From an uncultured bacterium (GTDB lineage Bacteria > Actinomycetota > Acidimicrobiia > Spongiisociales > UBA5794): a stretch of 64,000 nucleotides of DNA. Both the position numbers and the translations under genes were made by a program. Shown in pieces: positions 8,390-19,153 of the stretch; positions within the stretch are counted from its first letter, which is position 1; each line of letters begins with the position of its first letter. Under the pieces are notes generated by a model. It saw only the letters and a list, made by a program, of their open reading frames with translations. It was not told the DNA's origin and searched no databases. Location: the NCBI GenBank assembly GCA_963801165.1, contig CAWDDT010000007.1:128001-192000 (forward strand), written 5' to 3'.

Positions 8390-10147
8390 ATGTCACTAGC
8401 CGCAACGCTCTCTGAGATCTTCGGCGATGCCTTCGCCGCCCGGGGACTCGACCGGTCCTTTGGGCAGGTGGTGGTGTCGGCGCGTCCCGATCTTGCGCAG
8501 TTCCAGTGCAACGGGGCGATGCCGGCCGGCAAAGAGGCGAAGAGGAACCCGCGTGAGGTGGGCCAGGCTGTGTTGGATTCGATCGCCGACACGACGGCAT
8601 TCGACAAACTCGAGCTGGCGGGACCCGGGTTCATCAATATCACGCTCACCGACGAATACCTGTCCGCCTTTATCGATCGTCTCGATGGCCGGTTCGGAAC
8701 CAGCCGGCAGGAGAAGAAGCGGATAGTCGTGGACTACGGTGGTCCCAACGTCGCCAAGGAGCTCCACGTGGGACACCTGCGGCCCGCCATCATCGGCGAG
8801 AGCGCAAAGCGAATCCTCCGCTTCCTCGGCCACGACGTGACCGGCGATGTCCATCTCGGCGACTGGGGTTTGCCGTACGGGCAGCTGCTGGCCGAGCTCG
8901 CCGAGCGGTACCCGGATTGGCCGTACTTCGACGAGACGAAGATCGACGGGTTTCCCGAGACCTCACCGGTGACCATCGAAGACCTCCAGGTCATGTACCC
9001 GGAGGCGGCAGCCCATGCCAAGGACGATCTCGACTTCGCCGCCCGGGCTCGGGCCGCGGTGGTCGATCTCCAAGCCGGGCGTCCCGGCTATCGGGCGCTG
9101 TGGCAGCACATGAGAGATGTGTCGATAGCCGCCATGGAGACGGTCTACGGCCGGCTCAATGTGCACTTCGAATTGTGGCACGGCGAGAGCACGATCAACG
9201 ATCTCCTGGAACCGATGGTGAATCGGCTGGTCGGCGAGGGCTACGCCCACGAAAGCGACGGAGCGATGATCATCGACGTGATGACCGATGCGGACTCTAA
9301 GGAGGTACCTCCGTTTCTGCTCCTCAAGTCGGACGGTGCGTCGCTCTACACAACCTCTGATCTGGCCACCATCGAATACCGGATCGAGGAGCTCGATGCC
9401 CAGGAGATCCTCTACTTTGTCGACGTGCGCCAGGGGCTGCACTTCGAACAGGTCTTCCGGGCCGCCTACAAGACGGGTATCGCTCCTCCCGATGTCGTGC
9501 TCGAGCATGACGGCAACGGCACCGTGAACGGACCAGACGGCCGACCGTTCCGTACTCGAGACGGTGGCCTGCTGACCCTCAGAGAGCTGATCGACATGGT
9601 GGTGGCGCGCGCCGCCGAGCGCATCGACGAGAACGCTCTGGCTACCGAGCTGGGAGTCGACGAGAAGGCCGGGATCGCCGAGATGGTCGGCGTTGCCGCG
9701 CTCAAATACGGGGATCTGCAGAACCACCGGGCCTCGAGCTACAACTTCGACATAGACCGGTTCACATCCTTCGACGGGAAGACGGGCCCCTACCTCCTAT
9801 ACGGAGCCGTCCGGATGAAGTCGATCCTTCGGGAGACGACGAGCCGCGGCTTCGCCGCCGGACGCGTCCTCCCCGCCGAACGTGACCAGGAACGAAACCT
9901 GATGTTGCAGTTGGCCCGGCTGCCTGAGGTTGTCGAGCGAGCTGCCGCGTATCGGGCACCGAATCACCTCGCCGAATACGCCTACGAGATGGTTGCCGAA
10001 TTCAGCCGCTTCTACGAGGCGTGCCACATCCTGACCGAGAGGGACGAGGCACGCCGCGCGTCGTGGATCCATCTCATCGAACTGACCCTGGCCGGGCTGA
10101 CCACCCTGCTCGATCTCCTCGCGATCGAAGCGCCGGAGCGCATGTGA
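8390..10147 (+). CDS. argS: Arginine--tRNA ligase
   Basis: DYGGPNVAKELHVGHLR, HLGDWG, KSDG..LYTTSDLA, GKTGPYLLY, APERM end. Confidence 0.97.
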   Translation: MSLAATLSEIFGDAFAARGLDRSFGQVVVSARPDLAQFQCNGAMPAGKEAKRNPREVGQAVLDSIADTTAFDKLELAGPGFINITLTDEYLSAFIDRLDGRFGTSRQEKKRIVVDYGGPNVAKELHVGHLRPAIIGESAKRILRFLGHDVTGDVHLGDWGLPYGQLLAELAERYPDWPYFDETKIDGFPETSPVTIEDLQVMYPEAAAHAKDDLDFAARARAAVVDLQAGRPGYRALWQHMRDVSIAAMETVYGRLNVHFELWHGESTINDLLEPMVNRLVGEGYAHESDGAMIIDVMTDADSKEVPPFLLLKSDGASLYTTSDLATIEYRIEELDAQEILYFVDVRQGLHFEQVFRAAYKTGIAPPDVVLEHDGNGTVNGPDGRPFRTRDGGLLTLRELIDMVVARAAERIDENALATELGVDEKAGIAEMVGVAALKYGDLQNHRASSYNFDIDRFTSFDGKTGPYLLYGAVRMKSILRETTSRGFAAGRVLPAERDQERNLMLQLARLPEVVERAAAYRAPNHLAEYAYEMVAEFSRFYEACHILTERDEARRASWIHLIELTLAGLTTLLDLLAIEAPERM

Positions 10148-11421
10148 GCGGCGGCCCGATCCCTGAGTATCTGCTCCCCGACAACGCCACTGTGACCGCA
10201 GGGCGGCTCTCGATCGGGGGAGTCGACCTGCTCGACCTGGCCGCCGAGCACGGGACCCCCCTGTTTGTCTACGACGAGGACCACCTGCGGTCCCGGTGCA
10301 GGGAAGCCGTCGCCGCGTTCGGTGACGGTGTCGCCTACGCCACCAAGGCATTCCTGTCGCAGGCGATGGCCCGGCTGGCCTGGGAGGAGGGGATGCACCT
10401 CGACGTGGCGACAGGGGGAGAGCTTCATGTTGCGCTGAGCGCCGGCGTCCCTGCGTCGCGTCTCGTGATGCACGGCAACAACAAGTCGATGGTCGAGCTG
10501 GAGATGGCCATCGACGCCGGGGTGGGCCGAATCGTCGTCGACTCGTTCGAAGAGATCAATCGGTTGGCGTCGCTCGTCGCCTCGGGACGGCCGGTGCCGA
10601 AGGTGCTGGTCAGGGTCAACCCGGGGATAGACGTCCACACCCACGAGTACCTGCAAACCGGTGTGCCCGACTCCAAGTTCGGGTTCGGGGTATCAACCGG
10701 AGATGCCCATCGGGCGCTCGAGCTGGTCCGGCAATCAGAAGCGATGGAGCTGATCGGAGTCCACGCTCACATCGGTAGTCAGGTGTTCGTTGCCGACTCG
10801 TACAGCAAGGCGATCGGAACGCTGGCCCCGTTCGTCAAGATGCACGGTCTCGGCGAGCTGTCGATTGGTGGCGGGCTCGGAGTCGCCTACGTGACCGGGG
10901 AATCGGCGCCGACGATCACCGACTGGGCAGAGTCCGTGCATCGGGCGTGCCGGGAACACGGCATCGGAGCCCGGGTCACCGCAGAGCCGGGGCGTTCGAT
11001 CGTCGCCCGAGGCGCGGTGACGCTTTACACGGTGGGCACGATCAAGGACATCGACTCCATTCGCACCTATGTCGCCGTCGATGGCGGGATGAGCGACAAC
11101 CCGCGGCCGGTGCTGTACGGGAGTGGTTACGAGGCGTTTCTGCCCCGCGCCGCCGATGCGCGGCGGGACAAGACGGTGCGTGTCGTCGGCAAACATTGCG
11201 AGTCGGGTGACGTCATCGTCAACGAGGCGGATGTCCCGTCGGACATCAGCGTTGGGGACATATTGTGCACCCCGGTCACCGGGGCTTACGGGCACTCGAT
11301 GGGATCCAACTACAACATGGTGCTGCGGCCCGCGGTTGTGTTCGTCTGCGCCGGAACAGTGCGACCGGTGGTCCGGCGCGAGACATACGAAGATCTAATC
11401 CGACGAGACGTTGTCGATTGA
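10144..11421 (+). CDS. lysA: Diaminopimelate decarboxylase
   Basis: YATKAF, HGNNKS, SKFG, HIGSQ, GGGLG, EPGRS, GKHCESGD, TGAYG; GTGA overlap with argS stop. Confidence 0.96.
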   Translation: MSGGPIPEYLLPDNATVTAGRLSIGGVDLLDLAAEHGTPLFVYDEDHLRSRCREAVAAFGDGVAYATKAFLSQAMARLAWEEGMHLDVATGGELHVALSAGVPASRLVMHGNNKSMVELEMAIDAGVGRIVVDSFEEINRLASLVASGRPVPKVLVRVNPGIDVHTHEYLQTGVPDSKFGFGVSTGDAHRALELVRQSEAMELIGVHAHIGSQVFVADSYSKAIGTLAPFVKMHGLGELSIGGGLGVAYVTGESAPTITDWAESVHRACREHGIGARVTAEPGRSIVARGAVTLYTVGTIKDIDSIRTYVAVDGGMSDNPRPVLYGSGYEAFLPRAADARRDKTVRVVGKHCESGDVIVNEADVPSDISVGDILCTPVTGAYGHSMGSNYNMVLRPAVVFVCAGTVRPVVRRETYEDLIRRDVVD

Positions 11422-12675
11422 AACGCTGTCGATTGAAACGTTGTCGATTGAAACACCGCGATGCTGCAGCACTGCCAACCAGGTCGCCAGCATCAACAGG
11501 CCTACCACCCGGTCGTAGTGCAGAACGTCAAAAAGCAGGAAGCCGGAGATGGCGACTGCGAGCGCACCGCCACGCGGATCCGACCGAATGGCGCGCAGTA
11601 TTGCCCAGCCGACGAGGAGTGTGATGATCAACGCCGATGCGATCCCATTTTCGGCGGCGAGGGCAAGCGGTACGTTGTGGACGATGAACGGGTAGCGCGA
11701 ATCCACTGTGTAGGACTCCCTCATCGTGTCCATGTAATTTCCCGGTCCGACCCCGAGCAGGGGGTGGTCCGCGGTCATCTGGACCGCCTGTTTGGCGAGA
11801 GTTATGCGGCCGAGGCTGGCGTCATCGACGCCACCCGTCGTCGAGTGCTCGCCACGGTATGCCCACGCAGAACTCGTGAAGAGGGCGGCTACGAGAAAGC
11901 CGATGAGCAACGCCCCGCCGACGTTTCTCGAGTGGATGTCGCCCCGCCGTGCCGCCATAACGACGAAGACGGCGATCAACAGCAGCCCGAACAACGCCGC
12001 ACGGGAATGGGTGAGACCCACGGTCGCACCAGCCAACGCTGCGCCGCCTATCCACACCGGGCGTAGTCTTGCGGAATGCGGTGGTACGGCCAATGCCACG
12101 CCGGCGGCCAGCAGAGCAAGCGCGGCGGGCTCATAGACATGCGTCATGGTTCCCTGAGGACGTAACAAGCCGTCAATCACGCGCAGGTGCTCGTCGGGGG
12201 CCAGCACGTTCAGACCTACTGCCCGATCGGTGACGGTTTGGGCGATGATCAGAACCGTCTGCATCGCAGATGTCAACAGAAGCGGGAGGGCGATCCCCCT
12301 GGCGAGGTCCGTGTCGTCCCAGGATGCGGTGGCAACTACCAGCCCGGAACCGCACGCTGCTGCGATGGCGAGCAACAGTCCGGCGCCGTTGAAATGGTTG
12401 GCAGCAATGGCAAGCAGCATCAGCAGCGGTAGCAAGATGGCCGCAGCCTGAGCGGGATTCCTGCTGAAGCGGAATCGGGGCGCCGCCATGACCCCGGCGC
12501 ACGCGAGCAGCACAAACGGCAACAGCCACAATGCCGCGGAGAACTCGATTGCGATGACCATCGACGTTGCCGGCAAGAGGAAGATCGCGATCGGGATAAT
12601 GGCCCGGGGCAGTTGCTCCACGGCATCTCGCGCCGTCCCCGGACCGGTGCGACGTCTGGGAGGAGTCTGGGTCAT
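11395..12675 (-). CDS. O-antigen ligase (Wzy_C) family membrane protein
   Basis: Multi-TM, RPQGT, THSRAA, HPLLGVGPGNY, VHNVPL...ENG. Confidence 0.85.
   Translation of the reverse strand: MTQTPPRRRTGPGTARDAVEQLPRAIIPIAIFLLPATSMVIAIEFSAALWLLPFVLLACAGVMAAPRFRFSRNPAQAAAILLPLLMLLAIAANHFNGAGLLLAIAAACGSGLVVATASWDDTDLARGIALPLLLTSAMQTVLIIAQTVTDRAVGLNVLAPDEHLRVIDGLLRPQGTMTHVYEPAALALLAAGVALAVPPHSARLRPVWIGGAALAGATVGLTHSRAALFGLLLIAVFVVMAARRGDIHSRNVGGALLIGFLVAALFTSSAWAYRGEHSTTGGVDDASLGRITLAKQAVQMTADHPLLGVGPGNYMDTMRESYTVDSRYPFIVHNVPLALAAENGIASALIITLLVGWAILRAIRSDPRGGALAVAISGFLLFDVLHYDRVVGLLMLATWLAVLQHRGVSIDNVSIDSVSIDNVSSD
11411..11454. repeat. 15-bp tandem repeat x3
   Basis: (T/C)TGTCGATTGAAACG x3 across the convergent lysA/ligase overlap; encodes VSIDN-VSIDS-VSIDN. 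Confidence 0.85.
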
Positions 12676-12776
12676 GGTGCGATATCGGATGGCAGGGCCC
12701 CGACTGTAGTAGTAGGCGTGTCGTGTGATCGTGCAGCGATGATCGGCAGCGGCGGTTCAGGGGCTATCGTCGCCCC

Positions 12777-14063
12777 ATGAACACGATAGGGATTGGCCTC
12801 CTCGGGGCGGGCACGGTTGGTGGGACGCTGATTCACCGGCTCGTATCGGAACATTCGGCGATCGCGGCAAAGACGGGTCTCGACCTCCAGATCCGTCGGG
12901 TTGCGGTCCGTGACCTGTCCAAGCCACGCAGCTTCGACCTGCCCGCCGGGATCGTCACCACGGACGCCGCCGCGCTTGTCGATGATCCTACGGTTGACCT
13001 GGTGGTCGAGGTCATGGGCGGCCAGGTTCCTGCCGGCGATCTGATCCTCCGGGCGCTCGAGTCGGGTAAGCCGGTGGTGACGGCAAACAAGGAATTGATC
13101 GCCGTCCGCGGCGACGAGTTGATCGCGGCCGCCGAGCGGTCCGGTGTCGCGCTCCTGTTCGAGGCCTCGGTCGGTGGCGGCATTCCAATCATTCGCCCCC
13201 TGTCCGAAACGCTTGCGGGGGAGCGCATCACCCGGGTGATGGGGATCGTCAATGGGACCACGAATTACATCCTCACCCGCATGTCGGAGGACGGCGCCTC
13301 CTACGACGAAGCTCTGTCCCAGGCGCAGGAGCTGGGCTACGCCGAGCCGGACCCGACAGCCGACGTCGAGGGCGCCGACGCGGCCGCCAAGGCGGCGATT
13401 CTGGCAAGTCTCGCCTTCGGTACGTGGGTTGGCCTCGACCAGGTCTCCCATACCGGGATCACCGGAATCACCGCGGCCGACATCGCCCACGCCCGCAACC
13501 TGGGGTACGTCATCAAGCTGCTCGGCATCGCCGAGGTGACGCCAAACGGCGTCTCGGCTCGGGTGCATCCCGTGCTGCTCCCATCCGATCATCCTCTGTC
13601 CGCGATCCGTGGCGCCACCAACGCGATATTCATCGAGGGCCCTTCCATCGACACCTTGCTCTTCGCCGGGCCGGGGGCCGGGGGAGAGCCGACGGCGACG
13701 GCGGTGCTGGGCGATGTGATCGATGCAGCCCGCGAGATACTCGCCGGTGCCCAGGTCGCCCCGCGTATACGCTTTGCCCCGTCGGCACTCGCAGACTTCG
13801 GGACCGTGCCGACGAAGTGGTATGTCAGGCTCGAAGTCGTCGACGAGCCCGGGGTGCTTGCCCAGATCGCGGCGGCGTTCGGGGAGGCGAAAGTCAGCAT
13901 CAAATCGGTCTGGCAGGAGGGGGCCGCCGACGAGGCCACGCTGCTGATCGTTACACACAGCGCTCCGGAATCCGACCAGCAGAATGCCCTCGCGGCAGTC
14001 CGCAGGCTGGACTGCGTCAACGCGGTGGCTGCCGCGATCCGGGTGGAGAGCGAGGACCTATGA
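12777..14063 (+). CDS. hom: Homoserine dehydrogenase with ACT domain
   Basis: [54 protein letters not shown]. Confidence 0.96.
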   Translation: MNTIGIGLLGAGTVGGTLIHRLVSEHSAIAAKTGLDLQIRRVAVRDLSKPRSFDLPAGIVTTDAAALVDDPTVDLVVEVMGGQVPAGDLILRALESGKPVVTANKELIAVRGDELIAAAERSGVALLFEASVGGGIPIIRPLSETLAGERITRVMGIVNGTTNYILTRMSEDGASYDEALSQAQELGYAEPDPTADVEGADAAAKAAILASLAFGTWVGLDQVSHTGITGITAADIAHARNLGYVIKLLGIAEVTPNGVSARVHPVLLPSDHPLSAIRGATNAIFIEGPSIDTLLFAGPGAGGEPTATAVLGDVIDAAREILAGAQVAPRIRFAPSALADFGTVPTKWYVRLEVVDEPGVLAQIAAAFGEAKVSIKSVWQEGAADEATLLIVTHSAPESDQQNALAAVRRLDCVNAVAAAIRVESEDL

Positions 14064-15082
14064 GCTGGCCGGGTGTCATCGCCAAATACCGGGACCGACT
14101 GTCGGTAACCGATGCCACCCCGGTGGTCACACTGCTCGAGGGCAACACCCCCTTGATCGAGGCCACGGTCATCTCGGGTCTTGTGGAACGCCCGGTGTAT
14201 CTCAAGTACGACGGCGCCAACCCGACCGGGTCGTTCAAGGATCGTGGGATGACGATGGCGGTTTCCAAGGCCCTCGAGTCGGGAGCCCGCGCTGTCGCTT
14301 GCGCCTCGACCGGAAACACGTCGGCGTCGGCCGCGGCCTACGCCGCACGTGCGGGGATAAAGGCGATAGTCATCCTCCCTGCCGGCAAGATCGCAAGGGG
14401 AAAGCTGGCCCAGGCGGTCAGCCATGGTGCGGATATCGTTCCGATCGTCGGCAATTTCGATGACGCCCTTGCCCTGGTCTTGGAGCTGACCTCGAGCCAC
14501 GACGTGGCGTTGGTCAACTCGATAAACCCGTTCCGTATCGAGGGCCAGCAGTCGGCTGCATGGGAGATCACTGAGGCCCTCGGCGACGCGCCTGTTGTCC
14601 ACGCCCTCCCCGTGGGCAACGCCGGAAACATCACCGCATACTGGGCCGGGTACACCCGCGAGGGGAAGACGCCACACATGTGGGGCTTCCAGGCCGCGGG
14701 AGCCGCCCCACTGGTCACCGGTGAGATCTTCGACGACCCGGAGACCATTGCCACCGCGATCCGGATAGGCAACCCGGCATCCTGGGACAAGGCGATCGCG
14801 GCTCGCGACGAGTCGGGCGGAAGGATCGAGGCGGTCACCGACGACGAGATCCTCGACGCCTACCGTCTGCTCTCTGCGCGCGAAGGCGTCTTCTGCGAGC
14901 CCGCGTCGGCGGCGTCGGTCGCCGGCATCCTGAAGTTCAAGGACGATCTGCCGCCCGGGCCGATCGTGTGCACCCTGACCGGCCACGGGCTCAAGGACCC
15001 GGATACCGCGGCCCGTGACTTTGGCGACGTCACACCCGTGGCACCCACCCTCGATGCAGTCATGGAGAAGCTCGGCTGGTAG
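14060..15082 (+). CDS. thrC: Threonine synthase
   Basis: [48 protein letters not shown]; ATGA overlap with hom. Confidence 0.96.
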   Translation: MSWPGVIAKYRDRLSVTDATPVVTLLEGNTPLIEATVISGLVERPVYLKYDGANPTGSFKDRGMTMAVSKALESGARAVACASTGNTSASAAAYAARAGIKAIVILPAGKIARGKLAQAVSHGADIVPIVGNFDDALALVLELTSSHDVALVNSINPFRIEGQQSAAWEITEALGDAPVVHALPVGNAGNITAYWAGYTREGKTPHMWGFQAAGAAPLVTGEIFDDPETIATAIRIGNPASWDKAIAARDESGGRIEAVTDDEILDAYRLLSAREGVFCEPASAASVAGILKFKDDLPPGPIVCTLTGHGLKDPDTAARDFGDVTPVAPTLDAVMEKLGW

Positions 15083-15088
15083 GCCCGC

Positions 15089-15117
15089 TTTGCACAACGC
15101 GTTAGTCGGGTTAGACT
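15089..15117 (+). promoter_or_regulatory. Putative sigma-A promoter for rho
   Basis: TTGCAC-16 bp-TAGACT upstream of a pyrimidine-rich leader. Confidence 0.45.
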
Positions 15118-15275
15118 GACCTCCGGATCGTATATCCGTTTCCACCCTTTTTCGTGTGCGGCCTGCTGCGCCGAAGGCGCGTTCTGAATCCTGTTCGTAG
15201 GAGAAGCGCTCACCCGGAGTAGGAAACACCACGGGCACGACCATGCCAGAACTCTCGGAAGGGAAACAATTGCCC

Positions 15276-16751
15276 ATGACCACTACCCGAGCCAGACTCC
15301 AGGAGCTGGGCCTAGATGCCCTGCGCGAAATGGCCGGTTCCCTCGATGTCGAGCACGATGGGCTCCAGAAGACCAAGCTGATCTCGGCCATCATCGGCTC
15401 TGACAAGTTCGACGACGCAATGCTGCCCGAGGTCCCGCCCGAGGCGGAAGTGGCGACCACGGTGAAGCCGGACGAGAATTCCGGTGATGGGGATGAGGGC
15501 GGCTCGAGCGACGCTTCAAACAACGGCGAGGGCCGCGGTGGCCGCGACCAATCACAGGACTTTGACGGTGGCGGGGGCCGCAACCGTCGGCGTCGCAACA
15601 AGCGGCGGCAGCCGGAGCAAATCGACGAATCGGAGCTCGAGGTCCGCAGCGGGATCCTGGACATCCTCCCGGAGGGTTATGGGTTCCTCCGGTGCGATGG
15701 CTACCTGCCGAGCGAACGAGACGTCTACGTGCCGGCGAACCAGATCCGCAAGAACAAGCTGCGGAAGGGCGACATCTGCGAGGGCCCGATCCGGCCCGCC
15801 CGTGCGCAGGAGAAGTTCCCGGCCCTGGTGCGGGCGGTCAAGGTCAACGGCATTGACCCGGAGCAGGCGGAATCCCGACCCAAGTTCGCAAATCTAACCC
15901 CTCTGTTTCCGGACGTTCGGCTTCCTCTCGAGGTCGAAGGGCAGCACAACAACATCCTCACCAGGATTGTCGATCTCATCGCTCCGATCGGTAAGGGTCA
16001 GCGCGGGCTCATCGTCTCTCCGCCCAAGGCCGGGAAGACGACGGTGCTCAAGGAGCTGGCCAACTCGATCGCGGTCAACAACCCGGAGTGCTATCTCATG
16101 GTCGTGCTCGTCGATGAGCGGCCTGAGGAAGTCACCGACATGCAGCGCTCGGTGCGTGGTGAAGTGATCTTCTCGACGTTCGATCGCCCCGCCGAGGAGC
16201 ACACCCAGGTTTCCGAGCTGGCGATCGAGCGGGCCAAGCGAATGGTCGAGATGGGCACCGACGTCGTCGTGTTGCTCGACTCGATCACCCGTCTCGCTCG
16301 AGCCCACAACCTGGCTACCCCGGCCTCGGGACGGATCCTGTCTGGTGGTGTGGACTCGACCGCCCTTTACCCGCCCAAGCGTTTCTTTGGTGCGGCTCGG
16401 AACATCGAGGAGGGGGGCAGCCTCACCATTCTCGGCACGGCGCTCGTCGAGACCGGCTCCCGGATGGACGAGGTCATCTTCGAGGAGTTCAAGGGCACCG
16501 GCAACATGGAGCTGCGTCTCGATCGCAAGCTGGCCGACAAGCGCATCTATCCGGCGATCGACATCGAGGCGTCGGGTACCCGTCGCGAGGAGCTGCTGTT
16601 CCAACCCGACGAGCTCACTGAGGTGTGGAAGCTGCGCCGGGTGCTGATGGCGCTCGAGCCGGGAGCGGCGCTCGAGCTTCTCATCGACCGCCTCAAGAAC
16701 ACCAAGTCCAACGCCGCTTTCCTCGGTGAGGTCGCCAAGAGCGGTCAGTAG
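15276..16751 (+). CDS. rho: Transcription termination factor Rho
   Basis: [48 protein letters not shown]; short N-terminal insertion; alternative start 15243. Confidence 0.98.
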   Translation: MTTTRARLQELGLDALREMAGSLDVEHDGLQKTKLISAIIGSDKFDDAMLPEVPPEAEVATTVKPDENSGDGDEGGSSDASNNGEGRGGRDQSQDFDGGGGRNRRRRNKRRQPEQIDESELEVRSGILDILPEGYGFLRCDGYLPSERDVYVPANQIRKNKLRKGDICEGPIRPARAQEKFPALVRAVKVNGIDPEQAESRPKFANLTPLFPDVRLPLEVEGQHNNILTRIVDLIAPIGKGQRGLIVSPPKAGKTTVLKELANSIAVNNPECYLMVVLVDERPEEVTDMQRSVRGEVIFSTFDRPAEEHTQVSELAIERAKRMVEMGTDVVVLLDSITRLARAHNLATPASGRILSGGVDSTALYPPKRFFGAARNIEEGGSLTILGTALVETGSRMDEVIFEEFKGTGNMELRLDRKLADKRIYPAIDIEASGTRREELLFQPDELTEVWKLRRVLMALEPGAALELLIDRLKNTKSNAAFLGEVAKSGQ

Positions 16752-16788
16752 TAGAGTCCCGTGCTGAAAAGAACCAGGAGCTAGAGCC

Positions 16789-17082
16789 GTGAAGCCCGAC
16801 ATCCATCCCGAATACCGGCCGGTCGTGTATCAGGACACGTCCTCGGATTTCGCCTTTCTGACGCGGTCCACCATCCAGACGAGTGAGACGATCGAGTGGA
16901 CCGACGGTGAGACCTATCCGCTGGCCAAGCTCGAGATATCGAGCGCCAGCCATCCCTTCTACACCGGTAAGCAGATCCTCGTCGACTCCGGTGGTCGCGT
17001 CGAGCGATTCCGTCGCCGCTATGCCAAGGTTGGCGTTGATACCGAGCGCAAGGCCAAGCAACCTACCGATGCCGACAAGTAG
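16789..17082 (+). CDS. rpmE2: 50S ribosomal protein L31 type B (no zinc-binding Cys)
   Basis: [16 protein letters not shown]...[24 protein letters not shown]; no CxxC. Confidence 0.92.
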   Translation: MKPDIHPEYRPVVYQDTSSDFAFLTRSTIQTSETIEWTDGETYPLAKLEISSASHPFYTGKQILVDSGGRVERFRRRYAKVGVDTERKAKQPTDADK

Positions 17083-17133
17083 GTGTCCTGTCTGGTGCCG
17101 TTGCTGAGCGGCAACATCCGGACGGGGTGTTAG

Positions 17134-18084
17134 ATGTCGCGTTCCCCCGGGGCAACCGTGGGCGGCCAAGCCGTCATGGAGGGCGTGATGATGCGCGCCC
17201 CCAGCCGCTGGGCGGTCGCCTGCCGGCGTCCGGATGGGAGCATCATCACCCGTAGCAACGAGCTGCCCGGCTCGGGCGGGCGGTCCGGGCTCGCCAAGCT
17301 CCCGTTCATCAGGGGCATCCTGGTTCTCGTCGAATCTCTCTCCCTGGGCTTCAAGGCGTTGTCCTGGTCGGCCGTTCAATCCGGCGCCGACGACGAAGAG
17401 GAGTTGTCCAAGGGGCAGGTGGTCGGAACGATGGCGCTTGCGGTTGTCGTCGCACTCGCTCTCTTCATTCTGCTCCCGGCGCTGGCGGCGAACTATCTCA
17501 AGTCGTTTCTCTCTGACTCGTCGCTGGCCTTCGTCCTGATCGACGGTGTGCTCCGGCTGGCGCTGATCGTGCTCTACATCTGGGCGATCTCGCGCTCCAA
17601 GGATATCCAGCGCGTGTTCCAATATCACGGTGCGGAGCACAAGACGATCCACGCATATGAGAATGGGGACCCGCTGACGATTGAGGCGATCCAGCCGTAT
17701 AGCCCGAGGCATCCCCGCTGCGGCACCTCGTTCATTCTGATCGTCGCCATGGTGGCATTCTTCGTGTTTCTGTTTCTTGCGCTGGCCAAGTGGTCGCTTC
17801 TGTGGCAGATCGCGTCCCGGGTGCTTCTGATCCCTTTGATCGCGGGTCTTTCTTACGAGGTGCTCAAGCTGGGAGCCAACAGCCGCTGGATGTCGTGGGC
17901 AAACCGCCCCGGCATCTGGCTACAGCTCATCACAACCAAGGAGCCTTCAGACGACATGGTCGAGGTGGCCGTCGCCAGCCTGCTCTCCGCCCTAACCGCA
18001 GAAGAGCACGCGGAGGTCGCTGCCCGGGGCCCGATCGTGGCCGGAGCCCTCGAGGCGGAGCGGGAAGTCGCCACCGATGGATGA
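17134..18084 (+). CDS. DUF1385 membrane protein
   Basis: GGQAVMEGVMMR, FQYHGAEHK, HPRCGTSF, LQ.ITTKEP. Confidence 0.9.
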   Translation: MSRSPGATVGGQAVMEGVMMRAPSRWAVACRRPDGSIITRSNELPGSGGRSGLAKLPFIRGILVLVESLSLGFKALSWSAVQSGADDEEELSKGQVVGTMALAVVVALALFILLPALAANYLKSFLSDSSLAFVLIDGVLRLALIVLYIWAISRSKDIQRVFQYHGAEHKTIHAYENGDPLTIEAIQPYSPRHPRCGTSFILIVAMVAFFVFLFLALAKWSLLWQIASRVLLIPLIAGLSYEVLKLGANSRWMSWANRPGIWLQLITTKEPSDDMVEVAVASLLSALTAEEHAEVAARGPIVAGALEAEREVATDG

Positions 18085-19153
18085 CAGACTGGCTGCCCGG
18101 CTCGAAGAGATGAAGCAGCGGTACGCCGAGGCAATCGCCGAAATGGCAGATCCCGACGTTGTCACAGATCAGGATCGTTACCGCGACGTCTCGATCCATC
18201 AGGCCGAGCTGCGCCCCATTGTCGAGACCTTCGATGAATACCAGACGGCGCTGACGGAGATGGGGGAGGCGACCGAGATGGCGTCCGGGGAGAAAGACCC
18301 GGATATGAAGGACTACCTGGAGGGCGTGGCCGAGGAACAGCGAGCAAGGCTGAGGATGCTCGAGACCAGGTTGCGAGTGATGTTGGTGCCGAAGGACCCT
18401 AACGACGACAAGGACGTCATCATGGAGATTCGGGCGGCAGCCGGTGGTGAGGAGGCCGCGCTGTGGGGGGCGGACCTCTACCGGATGTACGAGCGATTCG
18501 CAGAACGCCGCGGTTGGAGGACCGAGTCGATCAACACCTCCGTCACCGGGGGTGGTGGGCTCAAGGACGCGACCTTCTCGGTCAAGGGCAAGGGTGCGTA
18601 CGCCCGGCTCAAGTACGAGGCAGGTCCACATCGTGTCCAACGAGTCCCCAAGACCGAGTCGCAGGGTCGTATCCACACCTCGATCGCCACTGTCGCCGTT
18701 CTTCCCGAGGTTGAAGATGTGGAGGTGGAGATCCACGAGAACGATCTCCAGATCGACACGTTTCGGTCAACCGGCCCCGGCGGCCAGTCGGTCAACACGA
18801 CGGATTCGGCGGTGCGAATCACCTATCTTCCCACCAATCTCGTGGTCACGTGCCAGGACGAGAAGTCACAGCTCCAGAACAAGCTGAAGGCGCTCCGGGT
18901 GCTCCGTGCACGCCTCTACCAGCAGCAGCTCGCCGAGCAGCATGGGGAGCAAGCCTCGGCACGCCGCTTGCAGGTAGGCACGGGGGAGCGGGCGGAGAAG
19001 ATCCGCACCTACAACTTCAAGGAGAATCGGGTCACCGACCACCGGATCGGTCTCACGATTCATTCACTACCTGAGGTCCTCGATGGGGATCTCGATGAGT
19101 TCCATACCGCCCTGATCGAGGATGAGGCGGCGGCGAGTCTCTCAGCCGGCTGA
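18077..19153 (+). CDS. prfA: Peptide chain release factor 1
   Basis: GGEEA, HRVQRVPKT (PxT), GPGGQSVN, KIRTYNF..NRVTDHRI. Confidence 0.98.
   Translation: MDDRLAARLEEMKQRYAEAIAEMADPDVVTDQDRYRDVSIHQAELRPIVETFDEYQTALTEMGEATEMASGEKDPDMKDYLEGVAEEQRARLRMLETRLRVMLVPKDPNDDKDVIMEIRAAAGGEEAALWGADLYRMYERFAERRGWRTESINTSVTGGGGLKDATFSVKGKGAYARLKYEAGPHRVQRVPKTESQGRIHTSIATVAVLPEVEDVEVEIHENDLQIDTFRSTGPGGQSVNTTDSAVRITYLPTNLVVTCQDEKSQLQNKLKALRVLRARLYQQQLAEQHGEQASARRLQVGTGERAEKIRTYNFKENRVTDHRIGLTIHSLPEVLDGDLDEFHTALIEDEAAASLSAG

Noticed and set aside
13424-14059. N-terminal extensions of thrC, lysA (10021), rfbD (58037), yqeY (4442) and the GT fusion (42948) in the ORF track
   Set aside because: They overlap upstream genes or lack homology-like sequence; downstream starts fit stop/start coupling or SD signals.
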